Shown here piece after piece: positions 44,670 through 54,391 of a stretch of 64,000 nt of DNA. This DNA comes from an uncultured Spirochaetaceae bacterium (lineage in GTDB: Bacteria; Spirochaetota; Spirochaetia; DSM-27196; CAZPXH01), in assembly GCA_964591085.1 (NCBI GenBank), contig CAZPXH010000003.1, positions 158,426-222,425 of the forward strand, read 5' to 3'. The notes under the pieces were generated by a model. The model did not search any database, was not told the origin of the DNA, and saw nothing but the letters and a program-made list of their open reading frames with translations. Every line of letters begins with the position of its first letter. The stretch's first letter is position 1. Position numbers and translations under genes: made by a program.

Positions 44670-46349
44670 TTACTGCGTCGTAACCCTTGCGTTTAGTCGG
44701 CTTACAAGGCGCCTGGAAATGGTGTTGACCGCAAGTACAATTAGAACGAGTATCGTAGCCGTTGCAAACGCATTCGGAATAGAGATGGTCTCACGAACCA
44801 GCAGGTAGAGGTGCACGGAGAGCACCCGCAACGGCGAGTTCAGGCTGCTCAGAAGAGCCAGATTGCTGCCCATTGTAAAAAGAACAGCGGCCGTCTCACC
44901 AATGGCACGACCAATACCAAGGATCATTCCGGTCACAATTCCTGGAGCCGCGCTGGGAAGGGTGACCCTGAAGATGGTCTGCATCTTGCTCGCCCCAAGC
45001 GCCAGACTTCCCTCACGGTAAGCCGCTGGAACGCTGAGAAGCGCCTCTTCGGCGGTACGCACAATGGTAGGAAGGATCATCAGGGTCAGTGTGAATGAGC
45101 CGGCAAGCAGCCCGGTCTGTAAGCCCAGAGCCTGACTGAAGAAGACCAGCCCAAACAGGCCAAAGATGATGGACGGCACACCGGCAAGCGTGTCGGTACC
45201 AATACGCAGCGCGGTCAGCAGCCGACCCTGCTTGGCGTACTCCACCATGTATATGGCAGCCGCCACACCAATAGGGGTTGCAATCAGCACAACAAATACA
45301 ATCACCGCCAGGGTATTGAGGATAATCGTGCTGATTCCTCCCACCTCTCCCGCGCGGCTTGGCGCTTCCCAGAGAAACGAGGGCCTGAGATTTGCCGAAT
45401 GCTTGACAAATCGAACGTCGACAACAGGCAGATCATACTGGACCGTCTCCCGGCTCCGTAACAGAGCAAAGGCACCCCGTGTCTCACGGAGAAACTGCGC
45501 CGCCTGTTCAAGCGAAGCCGCCGAGCGATAGCCATTCTGCATCTCCTCATCCGCGAACGCTGCCTGGGCCGAGCGCTCCGCGGTGCCAATGGATTGCGAG
45601 AGCTGGATCATCCGGATTGGTATACCGGTCGGAGCTGTCGACACAAAACCATCACGCGTCGCCTCATCCCACGATTCAAGCTCCCCCCGAAGGATGGCAG
45701 GAATCTGGGACTCGTCCACACTGTTCAGACGTCGGCCATCAACAAGATCGGTGACCGACGGGTGTATGGCCACGCTGTACTGCCGCACACCCACCGTGCG
45801 CACACCGCGGAGCTCGTCCGTAATCTCTCTCGGCACCAGCACAACGGCACCGGACGAACCGTCAAGAAACTGATTGAGCGCTTCAACGGAGCGTATTCGG
45901 GAAATGGTCTGGGGCAAGCCCGATTCACCGAGCAGCAGATAGTCCGTAACCCCAGCAACAAAGCGTGGTTGGGCAGACCAGATCGCGGCGTCAATCGTAC
46001 GATCCTGGCCGGTCAGAAATCCCCAATATCCGTTTTCGCCAGAGAACATGTCCCGCAGATCGTGGTAGGAGAGACGGGGGAGGCGCAGCGACCCGCTTGC
46101 AATTACGGAAAACTCAACATCCGGATACTCGCCACCCACAACAACCGACTCATCCGCCAGGGATGTCACCGGATCTTGCTCCACAGAACGGGTGTAGAAG
46201 CCATTCACCAGAATATAGCCAATGATCATAACCAGCACGGTAAGTGTCAGTGCCGCGGCTACCCAGAGTCCGCCCTTTGCAATGACGTTCCACCGGCGAA
46301 CCACCAGCGTATGGGGCGCGCGGGACAGGTATGCATCTTTCGTCTTCAT
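44670..46349 (-). CDS. pstA: Phosphate ABC transporter permease PstA with large periplasmic insertion
   Basis: 559 aa. C-terminal 230 aa are typical PstA (IGVAAAIYMVEYAKQGRL..., TLAGVPSIIFGLFG, EALLSVPAAYREGSLALGASKMQT). About 280 hydrophilic residues lie between TM1 and TM2. Confidence 0.9.
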   Translation of the reverse strand: MKTKDAYLSRAPHTLVVRRWNVIAKGGLWVAAALTLTVLVMIIGYILVNGFYTRSVEQDPVTSLADESVVVGGEYPDVEFSVIASGSLRLPRLSYHDLRDMFSGENGYWGFLTGQDRTIDAAIWSAQPRFVAGVTDYLLLGESGLPQTISRIRSVEALNQFLDGSSGAVVLVPREITDELRGVRTVGVRQYSVAIHPSVTDLVDGRRLNSVDESQIPAILRGELESWDEATRDGFVSTAPTGIPIRMIQLSQSIGTAERSAQAAFADEEMQNGYRSAASLEQAAQFLRETRGAFALLRSRETVQYDLPVVDVRFVKHSANLRPSFLWEAPSRAGEVGGISTIILNTLAVIVFVVLIATPIGVAAAIYMVEYAKQGRLLTALRIGTDTLAGVPSIIFGLFGLVFFSQALGLQTGLLAGSFTLTLMILPTIVRTAEEALLSVPAAYREGSLALGASKMQTIFRVTLPSAAPGIVTGMILGIGRAIGETAAVLFTMGSNLALLSSLNSPLRVLSVHLYLLVRETISIPNAFATATILVLIVLAVNTISRRLVSRLNARVTTQ

Positions 46350-47266
46350 CAGGCCAGTCTCATCCGGGACCGATGCACGATGATCTGCACAACGGTGTTG
46401 ATCAGCATAATGAACATGAATAGAACGATTGCTATTGTGAACAGCGTCACCCGATGGTCTCCAGCGGCATAACCCATGTCATTGATGATGGCCATGGTCA
46501 GCGTCCGAACCCGGGAATAGACGCCGTCGGTCGGCATGGTCGGCTGATTACCCGCAACCATGAGCACTGCCAACGTCTCCCCGACCGCCCGGCCAGTCCC
46601 CAGCAGGACACCCGTAATGATACCTCTTCGGGCTCCAGGAACCAGCACCCGGGAGATTGTCTGCCAGTGCGTAGAGCCGAGCGCTATGCTTGCCTCGGCG
46701 TACTCCCTGGGGACGGATCGCACGGAGACTTCCGTGATGTTGATGATTGTCGGAAGTGTCATTACCGCAAGGATTGCCATAGCAGAGAAAGCATTGTAGT
46801 TGACCAGGGGGTTGGGAACGTTCCGCAGAAAAAAGCCGATCATCATGACACCAAAGAATCCGTAAACAACTGATGGGATGCCAGCAAGGACCTCAGTGGC
46901 GGAGCGCAGAATGCCCCGCCACTTCCCGGTCGCCACCTCCGCTATAAAAACACCAACGGACACCCCTATGGGGACCGCCATCAGGAGGGCGCCGGCTGTT
47001 ACCATCAGAGAGGCCACTATGAACGGTGCAATACCCAAATCCGGGGGATAACCAATCGGATACCACTCGGTGCCAAAGAGGAACTGGCCAACCGACGGAG
47101 GTATATTTCCGTCTACTGATCGAAAGAAGAGGGGCAACCCCTCCTGAAACACAAAGACAGTAATGAACAGGACGCTCAGCGCAGATAGTGCCGCGCAGGA
47201 GAGGAATACGCCCTTACCGGTAGACTCAAAGAACGCTCGGGTTTTCACCGTTACCTCCACCACCAC
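46349..47266 (-). CDS. pstC: Phosphate ABC transporter permease PstC
   Basis: 305 aa. VFIAEVATGKWRGILRSATEVLAGIPSVVYGFFG, SVPREYAEASIALGSTHWQT. GTG start, 1-nt overlap with pstA. Confidence 0.9.
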   Translation of the reverse strand: MVVEVTVKTRAFFESTGKGVFLSCAALSALSVLFITVFVFQEGLPLFFRSVDGNIPPSVGQFLFGTEWYPIGYPPDLGIAPFIVASLMVTAGALLMAVPIGVSVGVFIAEVATGKWRGILRSATEVLAGIPSVVYGFFGVMMIGFFLRNVPNPLVNYNAFSAMAILAVMTLPTIINITEVSVRSVPREYAEASIALGSTHWQTISRVLVPGARRGIITGVLLGTGRAVGETLAVLMVAGNQPTMPTDGVYSRVRTLTMAIINDMGYAAGDHRVTLFTIAIVLFMFIMLINTVVQIIVHRSRMRLA

Positions 47267-47273
47267 ATGCGCA

Positions 47274-48155
47274 TTACCGGACCGGGAGGAAGCCTACGTC
47301 ACGAACGATATCCTGGCCGATCTCACCAAGTAGAAAGTCAAGGAAGACCTGACGCTGGCCCGTCGGCTCCCCCGCGAACACCACGTTCAATGGCCGGACT
47401 ATGGGGTACTCTCCTGTGGCGACGGTCTCAATGGAGTTCTGCACGCCGTTGACCGAGATCGCTTTCCCGCCTTCCGCCAGGACGCGTCGCATGGTAACCA
47501 GTGATACATACCCAATTGCATATGGTGTCTGCGTTACCATGGTTGCCATATTGCCGTTACTTTCAGTCACAAGGGCGCGGCGAATGTAGCGGGCATCGTC
47601 TCCATAGGTCCGCACCAGTACTGCCTCCATGAACGCGCCAAAGGTGCCACTGGCCTGATCCCTTCTCACCACAATGATCTCTTGATCCGGACCACCGAAC
47701 TCCTGCCAGTTCTGTATCTCTCCCACGAAGATCTTTGCCAGATCCGCCAGGCTGATATCGTCTATCGGCACGGTAGGGTGGGCAACAACCGCAAGGCCGT
47801 CTACCGCAATGGTGATCTCACTCAGCCCCTGCTCACGCTCGCGGATGTAGAGCGCACGACTAGCCGCGCCCACGTCATAGACTCCGTTCAGGGTCCCCTG
47901 AATCCCGGCGGTAGAACCGGGAGCGTCGTAAGACAGCTCTGCTGAGGGATCAATCTCCGTCAGGTAGCGCTCCACCGCAGAGCTCATCACCGGATCCATT
48001 GTGGTGGACCCGCCCATAGAAAGCCGAAAGCCCCCACCCTCCTGCTGACCCTCTGCAAACAGCAATACCGGGACAAGCACCAGTACCGTCAACAGGAGAA
48101 GCTTCCCCCGTGGACGGGCAACGCCGGCACGCCCATATGTAACCAATGACTGCAT
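47274..48155 (-). CDS. pstS: Phosphate-binding protein PstS (PBP type 2)
   Basis: GGSTTMDP, GSTAGIQG, AASRAL..E, IAVDGLAVVAHP, LAKIFVGEIQNWQEFGGPDQEIIVVRRDQASGT. The ATG at 48155 is preceded by AGGAGA (48167-48162). The track start at 48185 would leave only a 6-nt gap to the TBDR stop. Confidence 0.9.
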   Translation of the reverse strand: MQSLVTYGRAGVARPRGKLLLLTVLVLVPVLLFAEGQQEGGGFRLSMGGSTTMDPVMSSAVERYLTEIDPSAELSYDAPGSTAGIQGTLNGVYDVGAASRALYIREREQGLSEITIAVDGLAVVAHPTVPIDDISLADLAKIFVGEIQNWQEFGGPDQEIIVVRRDQASGTFGAFMEAVLVRTYGDDARYIRRALVTESNGNMATMVTQTPYAIGYVSLVTMRRVLAEGGKAISVNGVQNSIETVATGEYPIVRPLNVVFAGEPTGQRQVFLDFLLGEIGQDIVRDVGFLPVR

Positions 48156-48191
48156 CCAACATCTCCTCTTTCTGTATACCATCATAATATT

Positions 48192-51100
48192 CTATAGCGA
48201 AAGCTTGGCGGACAAACTGTATACCCGACCAAGGCGCCGGGACTCAACTACGTTGCTCCCGTCTGCGGACCGCTCACTGCTCAGGGTAGTCTCAGACAAC
48301 GGATCAAGGATGTTTTCAACACTGAACCCGATAGAGAAGTACTGAGAGAAGCTTTGGTTCAGCACAACATTCAGGCGCTGGAACGGCTGCTCATAGATAT
48401 CCGGCACGCCGTTTGTGCCAATGGTCACGATCCGGGGACCAAAGACGTTATAGTTGAAAAAGAGTGACGTGTACTGGTCCCGATTCTGTGACCATGAAAC
48501 GGTGTTCCGATACCCCAGCGAAACATTCACAACGTAGGGAGACTGGCCTTCCAGTGGTCGGGTTGCATTGGTGTTCGCCACCGCCTTGTCCTCCGTCAGG
48601 CCCGAGTTGGGATCCGTGAGTGTGAGGACAAACTCCGAAGAATCAATCTGCGATGCGATGTAGGCAAAGTTGCCGGTCAGGGTGAGATCCCGGAAGACCC
48701 CGGCCACACCCCCAAGCAGCTGCCGGCGGCGAAGTGTCTGATCAAGCGTAGGGGCGTTCACGTTGATCACCGCGCGGCGGATCAAGTCTCCCACGTAGCG
48801 TCCGGTCAGTTGCCACTCAAGCTCTGCACCCACGTTCTGCGCCGTGGGGATGTTCCCAAGGGTAGTAAGCAGCTCTCCACCCCCGCGGTTGAGCTGAAAG
48901 CGCTCAACCGGGTTCTGGAAGTACTTGTAAAAGCCACCAAGGCTTATAAATTCACGCTCCGCGATATACCACTCCCATCGGGCGTCTGCGTTGTACAGCC
49001 GAGCGATTTTCAGAGTCGGATTCCCCTGGAAAGAGCCTGATCCGGGCGCGCCGCTGTATTTCTCCTGCGGGGAGAGCTCATTGAGATCCGGCCGGTTCAG
49101 CGTAGCGCTTACTCCCAGACGCAGTTGAGTGTCATCCCCAGTGGGAACGGTGAGATTCACCGCCGGCAGCAGCATGTCCAGGATAGATGCCGGTACCAGC
49201 ACCTGTGCAGGGGCCGGGTCACCGGTGAACCGGTCAAAGGAACTGACCGCCTGTCGTGACCACTCCACCCGTACTCCGGTGGAGAGCCGTGAGCTGCCAA
49301 AGAGCAGGATGTCGGCCTTTGTGTAGCCAGACAGTACAAGCTGCCTACTGCTTATGTTGTCCGTCGGCAGGGTGAACTCCGCAAAGTCAAAGATCCCGTC
49401 CGGCCCAATATTCTCCGAGGTAAAGAAGTCGTCAGGGTCCCCCGACACTATGTCTTTGTTCGTGCCCGCGTCGTCGTAGTCGTATCCAAAGCGTCGGGTC
49501 TCTGACGAACGCGTCTGATAGAACGCCTGCAGCCCAAAATCCACAAAGTCCGCGGAGGCGTTTCCGAACCAGCCCACCGGAATTGAAAGAGAGAGCCCCC
49601 CGTCGTGCACAAAGTCATTCACATCGGTGAAGATGCGGCGGGTGGACGTCTGATCCTGCCAGAGGTAGGACTCTTCTTCTATAAAGTCCCCGTTATCCGT
49701 ATCCTCCCGGAACACGTAGTAACGGCGATCAGGCTGATAACTGCGGGCAAAGGAGAAACCGTAGCTCCACACAAGCTGCGAACCACCCAGGCCGGGCAAC
49801 CGGTGCCGACCGCGCAGCGCCTGATTCAGAAGCGTCTGCTCCACCCAGAGCGTCTCCGTCTCCCCTATGTCAAACTGCTCGGACCCGTATTCACCCTGCA
49901 GCTTCTCAACCGTTGCGTCGGTGGCTCGCACCGCAAGTGAACTGGATTCCAGCCGGAAGGCGCGGGTGTCCTCGTAGACAAGCTCAACCAGAGCACCTAT
50001 ATCAATGTCACGCGTGTTCAGCCTGACGTCGTAGTCATGGATCGGACGTCCGAGTGTATCCGGGTCATTGGACGGCTCGTAGAAGGTCTGACGCTCGGTG
50101 ATGGAGTTCCAGCTGTCCTTCATGGTGAGGCTGGCGGTAAATCCAAAGTTGTGAAACTCAGACAGCTCAACTTTGTCACGAACAGAGACACTTCCGCTGT
50201 AGTCAAGCGGGATCATTCGTGGGGCCGGTGACCACGTACGCGCGAACGACTCACCAAACGCTTCCCGTTCCTCTTCATCGTAGCCCTCGCCGCCAATTCC
50301 ACCCGCCGGACCAATAAGAAACTCTGAATCATCAATCGATTCGGGCAGCGCGCGCGTTCCATCGTCAAATCCCAGGAAGTCAAACGCCCCACCCTCTTCA
50401 AAGAGTTCGGTAGTGAAGGTGGTGTTTTCTTTGTAGGAGAGAGAGAAAGAGACATCCGTGCGCAGGCGGCGGCGGTACTGATCGTCCGGCAGACCAATTG
50501 TCTCTACGTTTATGGCGCCACCGCCAAACTGACCGGGAAGCTCGGGAGAGTAGGTCTTCTGAACGGCCAGGGTCTCTATAATGCCGGCCGGGAAGAGATT
50601 CAGTGGCACCACCCGCTTGTCCACCTCCGGGCTTGGAAGGCCGGCTCCGTTCAAGTAGGAGCTTGAGTAGCGCTCTCCCATCCCACGCACGTAGACAAAG
50701 CGGCCGCCTACAATGGTGAGCCCGGTTATACGGCGCAGAGCACCTGCGGCATCTGAGTCTCCGCTCCTGCCGATCTGCTCCTGACCAATAAAGTTCACCA
50801 CCGCGTCTGAGTCCGCCATCTCTTCAATGAGCTTGGCAATGCCACCCTCCACGCGAACCTCTTCCACCGCAAAGACCGTCTGCTCGGCTAGCGCGACCGC
50901 CTGGGGCGTGAGCTCAACGTCCACGGTGGTCTCACCGTCGGCAACAACCTCCACCTCGCTGATTGTCTGAGTGGAGAAGTCCGGCTGAATCACCGAGAAG
51001 GTATGTAAGCCTTCGGGTAGCTCAACCTGGAACCGGCCGTCGTCATCCGTAGTCGCTTCGCGATCAATCCCACGAAACACAATGGTTGCTCCCGCGATCG

Positions 51101-51554
51101 GAGAGCCGTCCTCCAGTGCCGTCACGCGGCCGGTGATCAGACCCGGGTCGGCGTCCTCGTCGAACGTCGAGTCAGTTCCGCCTTCAGCGGCATCGGGAGC
51201 CTCGTCAGAGAGCAGACTGTCGGCCGCGCCGGCGGTGACAATAGCCTCGGTGACGGACCCCTGACGCACGGAGAGCCCCACGGTCACAATAAGTGCGTCT
51301 TCAAAGTACAGATCAAACTCATGAGAGCCGGGAGGGTAGGTGAAGTTAATAAGCCCGCTTCTGTTGGAAACCACGGTTCTCTCCGGGAGACGGACCTCCA
51401 CCCCCTCAAGCGGAGCGCCGTCCTGTGAAAAGATGTAGATCTGCACCTCACCGCGATTATCCTGCGCAGAGACCGTCACAAGCCCTGCTGTGAGCGTGAG
51501 GACCATCACTGCTGCCAGAAAAATATTCCGTTTTATCATATGACCTCTCTCCAT
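48192..51554 (-). CDS. Giant TonB-dependent outer-membrane receptor with N-terminal carboxypeptidase-regulatory-like domains (Oar/SusC-like architecture)
   Basis: 1120 aa. Signal peptide ...LVTVSA/QD, then two beta-sandwich-like repeats. Plug region DSDAAGALRRITGLTIVGGRFVYVRGMGERYSSSYLNGAGLPS, then a long Gly/Asp/Tyr/Phe-rich barrel. Confidence 0.9.
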   Translation of the reverse strand: MERGHMIKRNIFLAAVMVLTLTAGLVTVSAQDNRGEVQIYIFSQDGAPLEGVEVRLPERTVVSNRSGLINFTYPPGSHEFDLYFEDALIVTVGLSVRQGSVTEAIVTAGAADSLLSDEAPDAAEGGTDSTFDEDADPGLITGRVTALEDGSPIAGATIVFRGIDREATTDDDGRFQVELPEGLHTFSVIQPDFSTQTISEVEVVADGETTVDVELTPQAVALAEQTVFAVEEVRVEGGIAKLIEEMADSDAVVNFIGQEQIGRSGDSDAAGALRRITGLTIVGGRFVYVRGMGERYSSSYLNGAGLPSPEVDKRVVPLNLFPAGIIETLAVQKTYSPELPGQFGGGAINVETIGLPDDQYRRRLRTDVSFSLSYKENTTFTTELFEEGGAFDFLGFDDGTRALPESIDDSEFLIGPAGGIGGEGYDEEEREAFGESFARTWSPAPRMIPLDYSGSVSVRDKVELSEFHNFGFTASLTMKDSWNSITERQTFYEPSNDPDTLGRPIHDYDVRLNTRDIDIGALVELVYEDTRAFRLESSSLAVRATDATVEKLQGEYGSEQFDIGETETLWVEQTLLNQALRGRHRLPGLGGSQLVWSYGFSFARSYQPDRRYYVFREDTDNGDFIEEESYLWQDQTSTRRIFTDVNDFVHDGGLSLSIPVGWFGNASADFVDFGLQAFYQTRSSETRRFGYDYDDAGTNKDIVSGDPDDFFTSENIGPDGIFDFAEFTLPTDNISSRQLVLSGYTKADILLFGSSRLSTGVRVEWSRQAVSSFDRFTGDPAPAQVLVPASILDMLLPAVNLTVPTGDDTQLRLGVSATLNRPDLNELSPQEKYSGAPGSGSFQGNPTLKIARLYNADARWEWYIAEREFISLGGFYKYFQNPVERFQLNRGGGELLTTLGNIPTAQNVGAELEWQLTGRYVGDLIRRAVINVNAPTLDQTLRRRQLLGGVAGVFRDLTLTGNFAYIASQIDSSEFVLTLTDPNSGLTEDKAVANTNATRPLEGQSPYVVNVSLGYRNTVSWSQNRDQYTSLFFNYNVFGPRIVTIGTNGVPDIYEQPFQRLNVVLNQSFSQYFSIGFSVENILDPLSETTLSSERSADGSNVVESRRLGRVYSLSAKLSL

Positions 51555-51568
51555 TATTTTGAAATCTC

Positions 51569-52756
51569 CTACAACTGTTCCGCTTCTGATTCAATAATCT
51601 GACGGAGCTCCACCGCGCGGCGGAACATCTCCGGATCTGAAATCCCCTGCAGGTATCCTCTCGCTCGCTCCAGTTGACCGGTGCGGAAGTACGCATAGGC
51701 AAGGGAATAGCGAATCTCATCTTCTTCATCCGCAGACTGACGAACCAGGCGCGGCTCCATGGCAACGGCCTCTTCAAAGCGCTCGGAGGCAAGCAAAAGG
51801 CGAAACCGTTGCCGTGTCTTCTGCTCTCCGTCCAAAACCTGGGTGTTCAGGTAAAACGCCTTCTGCAGGTCACCGGCACGCCGGTAAAGCTCAGCCGCCT
51901 CAAAGTAGAGGGAAAAATCTCCAGCCGCGGCCTCCTCTACCAGTCTGGCGGCGGTACGGGGCATCTCCTGCTCAAGGTAGCTCTGCGCCAGCAGCAACCG
52001 CACCTCACGTGAGGCGGGGAAGCGGATCCTCGCCTCCTCCAACACCCGAATAGCGGTCTCCCTCTCTCCGCCCTGACGCAGCGCCTGACCAATGGTGAGG
52101 TAACTCTCCGGTTCCGGCGGCGCACTTTCAAGGAACGCCACACTGCGGCGAGCGGCTTCCTGTGAGAGACCCAGCTCAAGCAGGTATACAATCTGCTGGC
52201 GCCCAAAGCTGTCTATGTCCGGAAAAAGCAGTTGCGCACGCGAGAGCGTCTGGAAGGCACGCTCCCATTGACCGAGGTTCCATTCCGCGGCAGCCCGCAC
52301 GCTGTAAAGGCTTGGGAACTCCCGCAGACTCGGCAATCGGTTGATAGCTTCAATGGTCTGCTCAAATGAGCCGGTCAGGTAGTACGCCTGGGCAAGGTAC
52401 GCGTTTATGGACGGATCTTCCTGTCCGTTCTCAAGAGCGTCCTGCAGGGAAGTGATTGCCTGTTCGGCGTCTCCCCTGCGCAGGGCAAGCAATCCCTGCA
52501 GCGTGTAGAACCGGGCAAGATCAACATCCGGGGCCTGCACATCCACGTTGGCCAGCGCGCTTTCTGCCCGAGAGAGATTGCCGTCTCTCAGCATAAGGGC
52601 CGCAATTGCTACGTAGTCCACATCAGCACCGGCTGATTCTCCCGGCGTCTCGCTCTCCTGACCGCCGGAAGCGTACAGAGGCACGAAAGCACTTGTGAAC
52701 ATGATCATACACAGCAGCAGCGGTATTCCGGTGGAGTTGATTCTTGCCGTGCGCAT
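51569..52756 (-). CDS. TPR-repeat protein (TtpD-like position after tonB)
   Basis: 395 aa. N-terminal signal/anchor IPLLLCMIMFTSAFVPLYASG. Multiple TPR-like units (FYTLQGLLALRRGDAEQAITSLQDALE..., AYLAQAYYLTGSFEQTIEAI...). 1-nt overlap with tonB. Confidence 0.75.
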   Translation of the reverse strand: MRTARINSTGIPLLLCMIMFTSAFVPLYASGGQESETPGESAGADVDYVAIAALMLRDGNLSRAESALANVDVQAPDVDLARFYTLQGLLALRRGDAEQAITSLQDALENGQEDPSINAYLAQAYYLTGSFEQTIEAINRLPSLREFPSLYSVRAAAEWNLGQWERAFQTLSRAQLLFPDIDSFGRQQIVYLLELGLSQEAARRSVAFLESAPPEPESYLTIGQALRQGGERETAIRVLEEARIRFPASREVRLLLAQSYLEQEMPRTAARLVEEAAAGDFSLYFEAAELYRRAGDLQKAFYLNTQVLDGEQKTRQRFRLLLASERFEEAVAMEPRLVRQSADEEDEIRYSLAYAYFRTGQLERARGYLQGISDPEMFRRAVELRQIIESEAEQL

Positions 52757-53403
52757 CAGTTCAACCGAAATGGAATCGGTATTTGCGCCCAGGTCTGCAC
52801 CGGATCACCCTGGTACTTTGCCGGCTCAAAAGTCCAGTTGGGAACGGAGCTCAAAACAACGGCATCAAAAACATTCGGCGGATCAGCCTCCAATATCTTC
52901 ACCTCGCGAACTCTTCCATCAACGCCAATGAGAACAGAAACAATTACAGTCCCCTCTATCCGCCGCTGCCGGGCGCGGTCGGGGTACTCAAGCGGGCGGT
53001 TCTGCGGGATCGGCTTGGTGTCAACCTGGTCCTCAGTGAGAGCAACGTTGTCAAGGTCCCCCAACAGCGAATCCCGAACGTTGGTCAGGCCCTGTACCTG
53101 AAAGTCGGGCACGGAAACCGAAATTCCGGACAGCGCCCCGCCAAGGCTCGGCGCGGGAGCAACCGGTGCACGGTTGGGGTTGCGGACCGCCTCCCGGCGC
53201 TGTGGAGGTGGCGGGGGTGGCTCAGTTTCCGGCGGAGTGGGAACGGTGAAGTCTATCGCCGTTGGGCGTTCTTCCCGTTGCGGTTGCTCAACCTCACGGT
53301 TCATAAAGACAAGCGCCCCAACCACCGCCCCGAATCCAAGCACCGTGGTCAGGGCGGCAGCCGCTACGCGGACGGCCATCCCTGCCGGGCTACCGTAGTT
53401 CAT
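52756..53403 (-). CDS. tonB: Energy transducer TonB
   Basis: 215 aa. N-terminal TM, Pro-rich spacer PTPPETEPPPPPPQ, and C-terminal TonB domain YPDRARQRRIEGTVIVSVLIGVDGRVREVKILEADPPNVFD. Confidence 0.85.
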   Translation of the reverse strand: MNYGSPAGMAVRVAAAALTTVLGFGAVVGALVFMNREVEQPQREERPTAIDFTVPTPPETEPPPPPPQRREAVRNPNRAPVAPAPSLGGALSGISVSVPDFQVQGLTNVRDSLLGDLDNVALTEDQVDTKPIPQNRPLEYPDRARQRRIEGTVIVSVLIGVDGRVREVKILEADPPNVFDAVVLSSVPNWTFEPAKYQGDPVQTWAQIPIPFRLN

Positions 53404-53804
53404 GGGGCTGCCTGCTCCGTAGCCACACCCACCTCTTCCGCGCCCGCCAGGCGCGCCTGGTCTACTACGTCAATCAGGAGTTCTGCGGGCGTGCGCCGGT
53501 CTGCAATAATCAGCACACTTGAAGAGGCCCCTACGGAGAGCTCATCCCGCACCAGGGACTGAACCATCCATGAATTGACCGGTTGCTCACCAACGTAGAT
53601 GGTCCCACCCTGCTCAATGTAAATCCGGACGGTATCAGAGTCCGACGGTACGGCGGACTCCGCACTCGGGCGCTCCAGTGCAACGTCCAGATCACGAACA
53701 AACGTAGTGGACACGGCAAAAAAGATGAGCAGGATAAAAACCATGTCAATCAGCGGGGAAATGTTGAGCTCTTCTACCTCGTGCTTCTTGGGGAGAAACT
53801 TCAC
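53400..53804 (-). CDS. exbD: Biopolymer transport protein ExbD/TolR
   Basis: 134 aa. LNISPLIDMVFILLIFF TM with the conserved Asp, then a periplasmic domain. GTGA and ATGA overlaps on both sides. Confidence 0.9.
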   Translation of the reverse strand: MKFLPKKHEVEELNISPLIDMVFILLIFFAVSTTFVRDLDVALERPSAESAVPSDSDTVRIYIEQGGTIYVGEQPVNSWMVQSLVRDELSVGASSSVLIIADRRTPAELLIDVVDQARLAGAEEVGVATEQAAP

Positions 53805-54391
53805 GCACCGGCCTCCGTAATCAACAGTTCTTTCAGTTGCGCAATATCATCCCGGATCCTGCGCTCCCGACGGTCTACCAGAGAGCCCACGAGCATGCCC
53901 GGTATCGCAATTACCAGCCCGAACTGAGTGGTGAATAGCGCTTGAGAGATTCCCTGTGCTACGCCCCCCGACTGCGAGTAGAAGTTCTGATTACCAAGAG
54001 ACTCAAACATCTCTATCATCCCGCTTACGGTTCCCAGCAGACCCAAAAGCGGCGCAATTACGATAATCGTGCGCACCAGGGTCCGGTAGCGATGCAGATC
54101 CTCTTCAACGCCGAACAACTCATCATCAAGAAGCGCCTGCATGCGGCGCGTTCCCGGAGCGTGCACCCGAAGACCGCGGTAAACCGCCTCTTCAAGGGAG
54201 CCCCGTGGTTGCTCTGGAAGTTGCGCCCGCGCCTGTGCAAGAAGCTCACGTACCGGAAGCGACGTGCCGCGTCTGATAAAGAAGGCCCGGTAGGAGATGC
54301 CGAACCACAGAAGCAAGGCCAGAAAGAGAAGCGGCCACATGACAAAACCGCCCTGGCCGATAGATCTACCAAGCTCCGCGATCCAGTTCAT
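53801..54391 (-). CDS. exbB: MotA/TolQ/ExbB proton-channel protein (small ExbB)
   Basis: 196 aa, three TMs, APLLGLLGTVSGMIEMF and ALFTTQFGLVIAIP motifs. Confidence 0.9.
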   Translation of the reverse strand: MNWIAELGRSIGQGGFVMWPLLFLALLLWFGISYRAFFIRRGTSLPVRELLAQARAQLPEQPRGSLEEAVYRGLRVHAPGTRRMQALLDDELFGVEEDLHRYRTLVRTIIVIAPLLGLLGTVSGMIEMFESLGNQNFYSQSGGVAQGISQALFTTQFGLVIAIPGMLVGSLVDRRERRIRDDIAQLKELLITEAGA

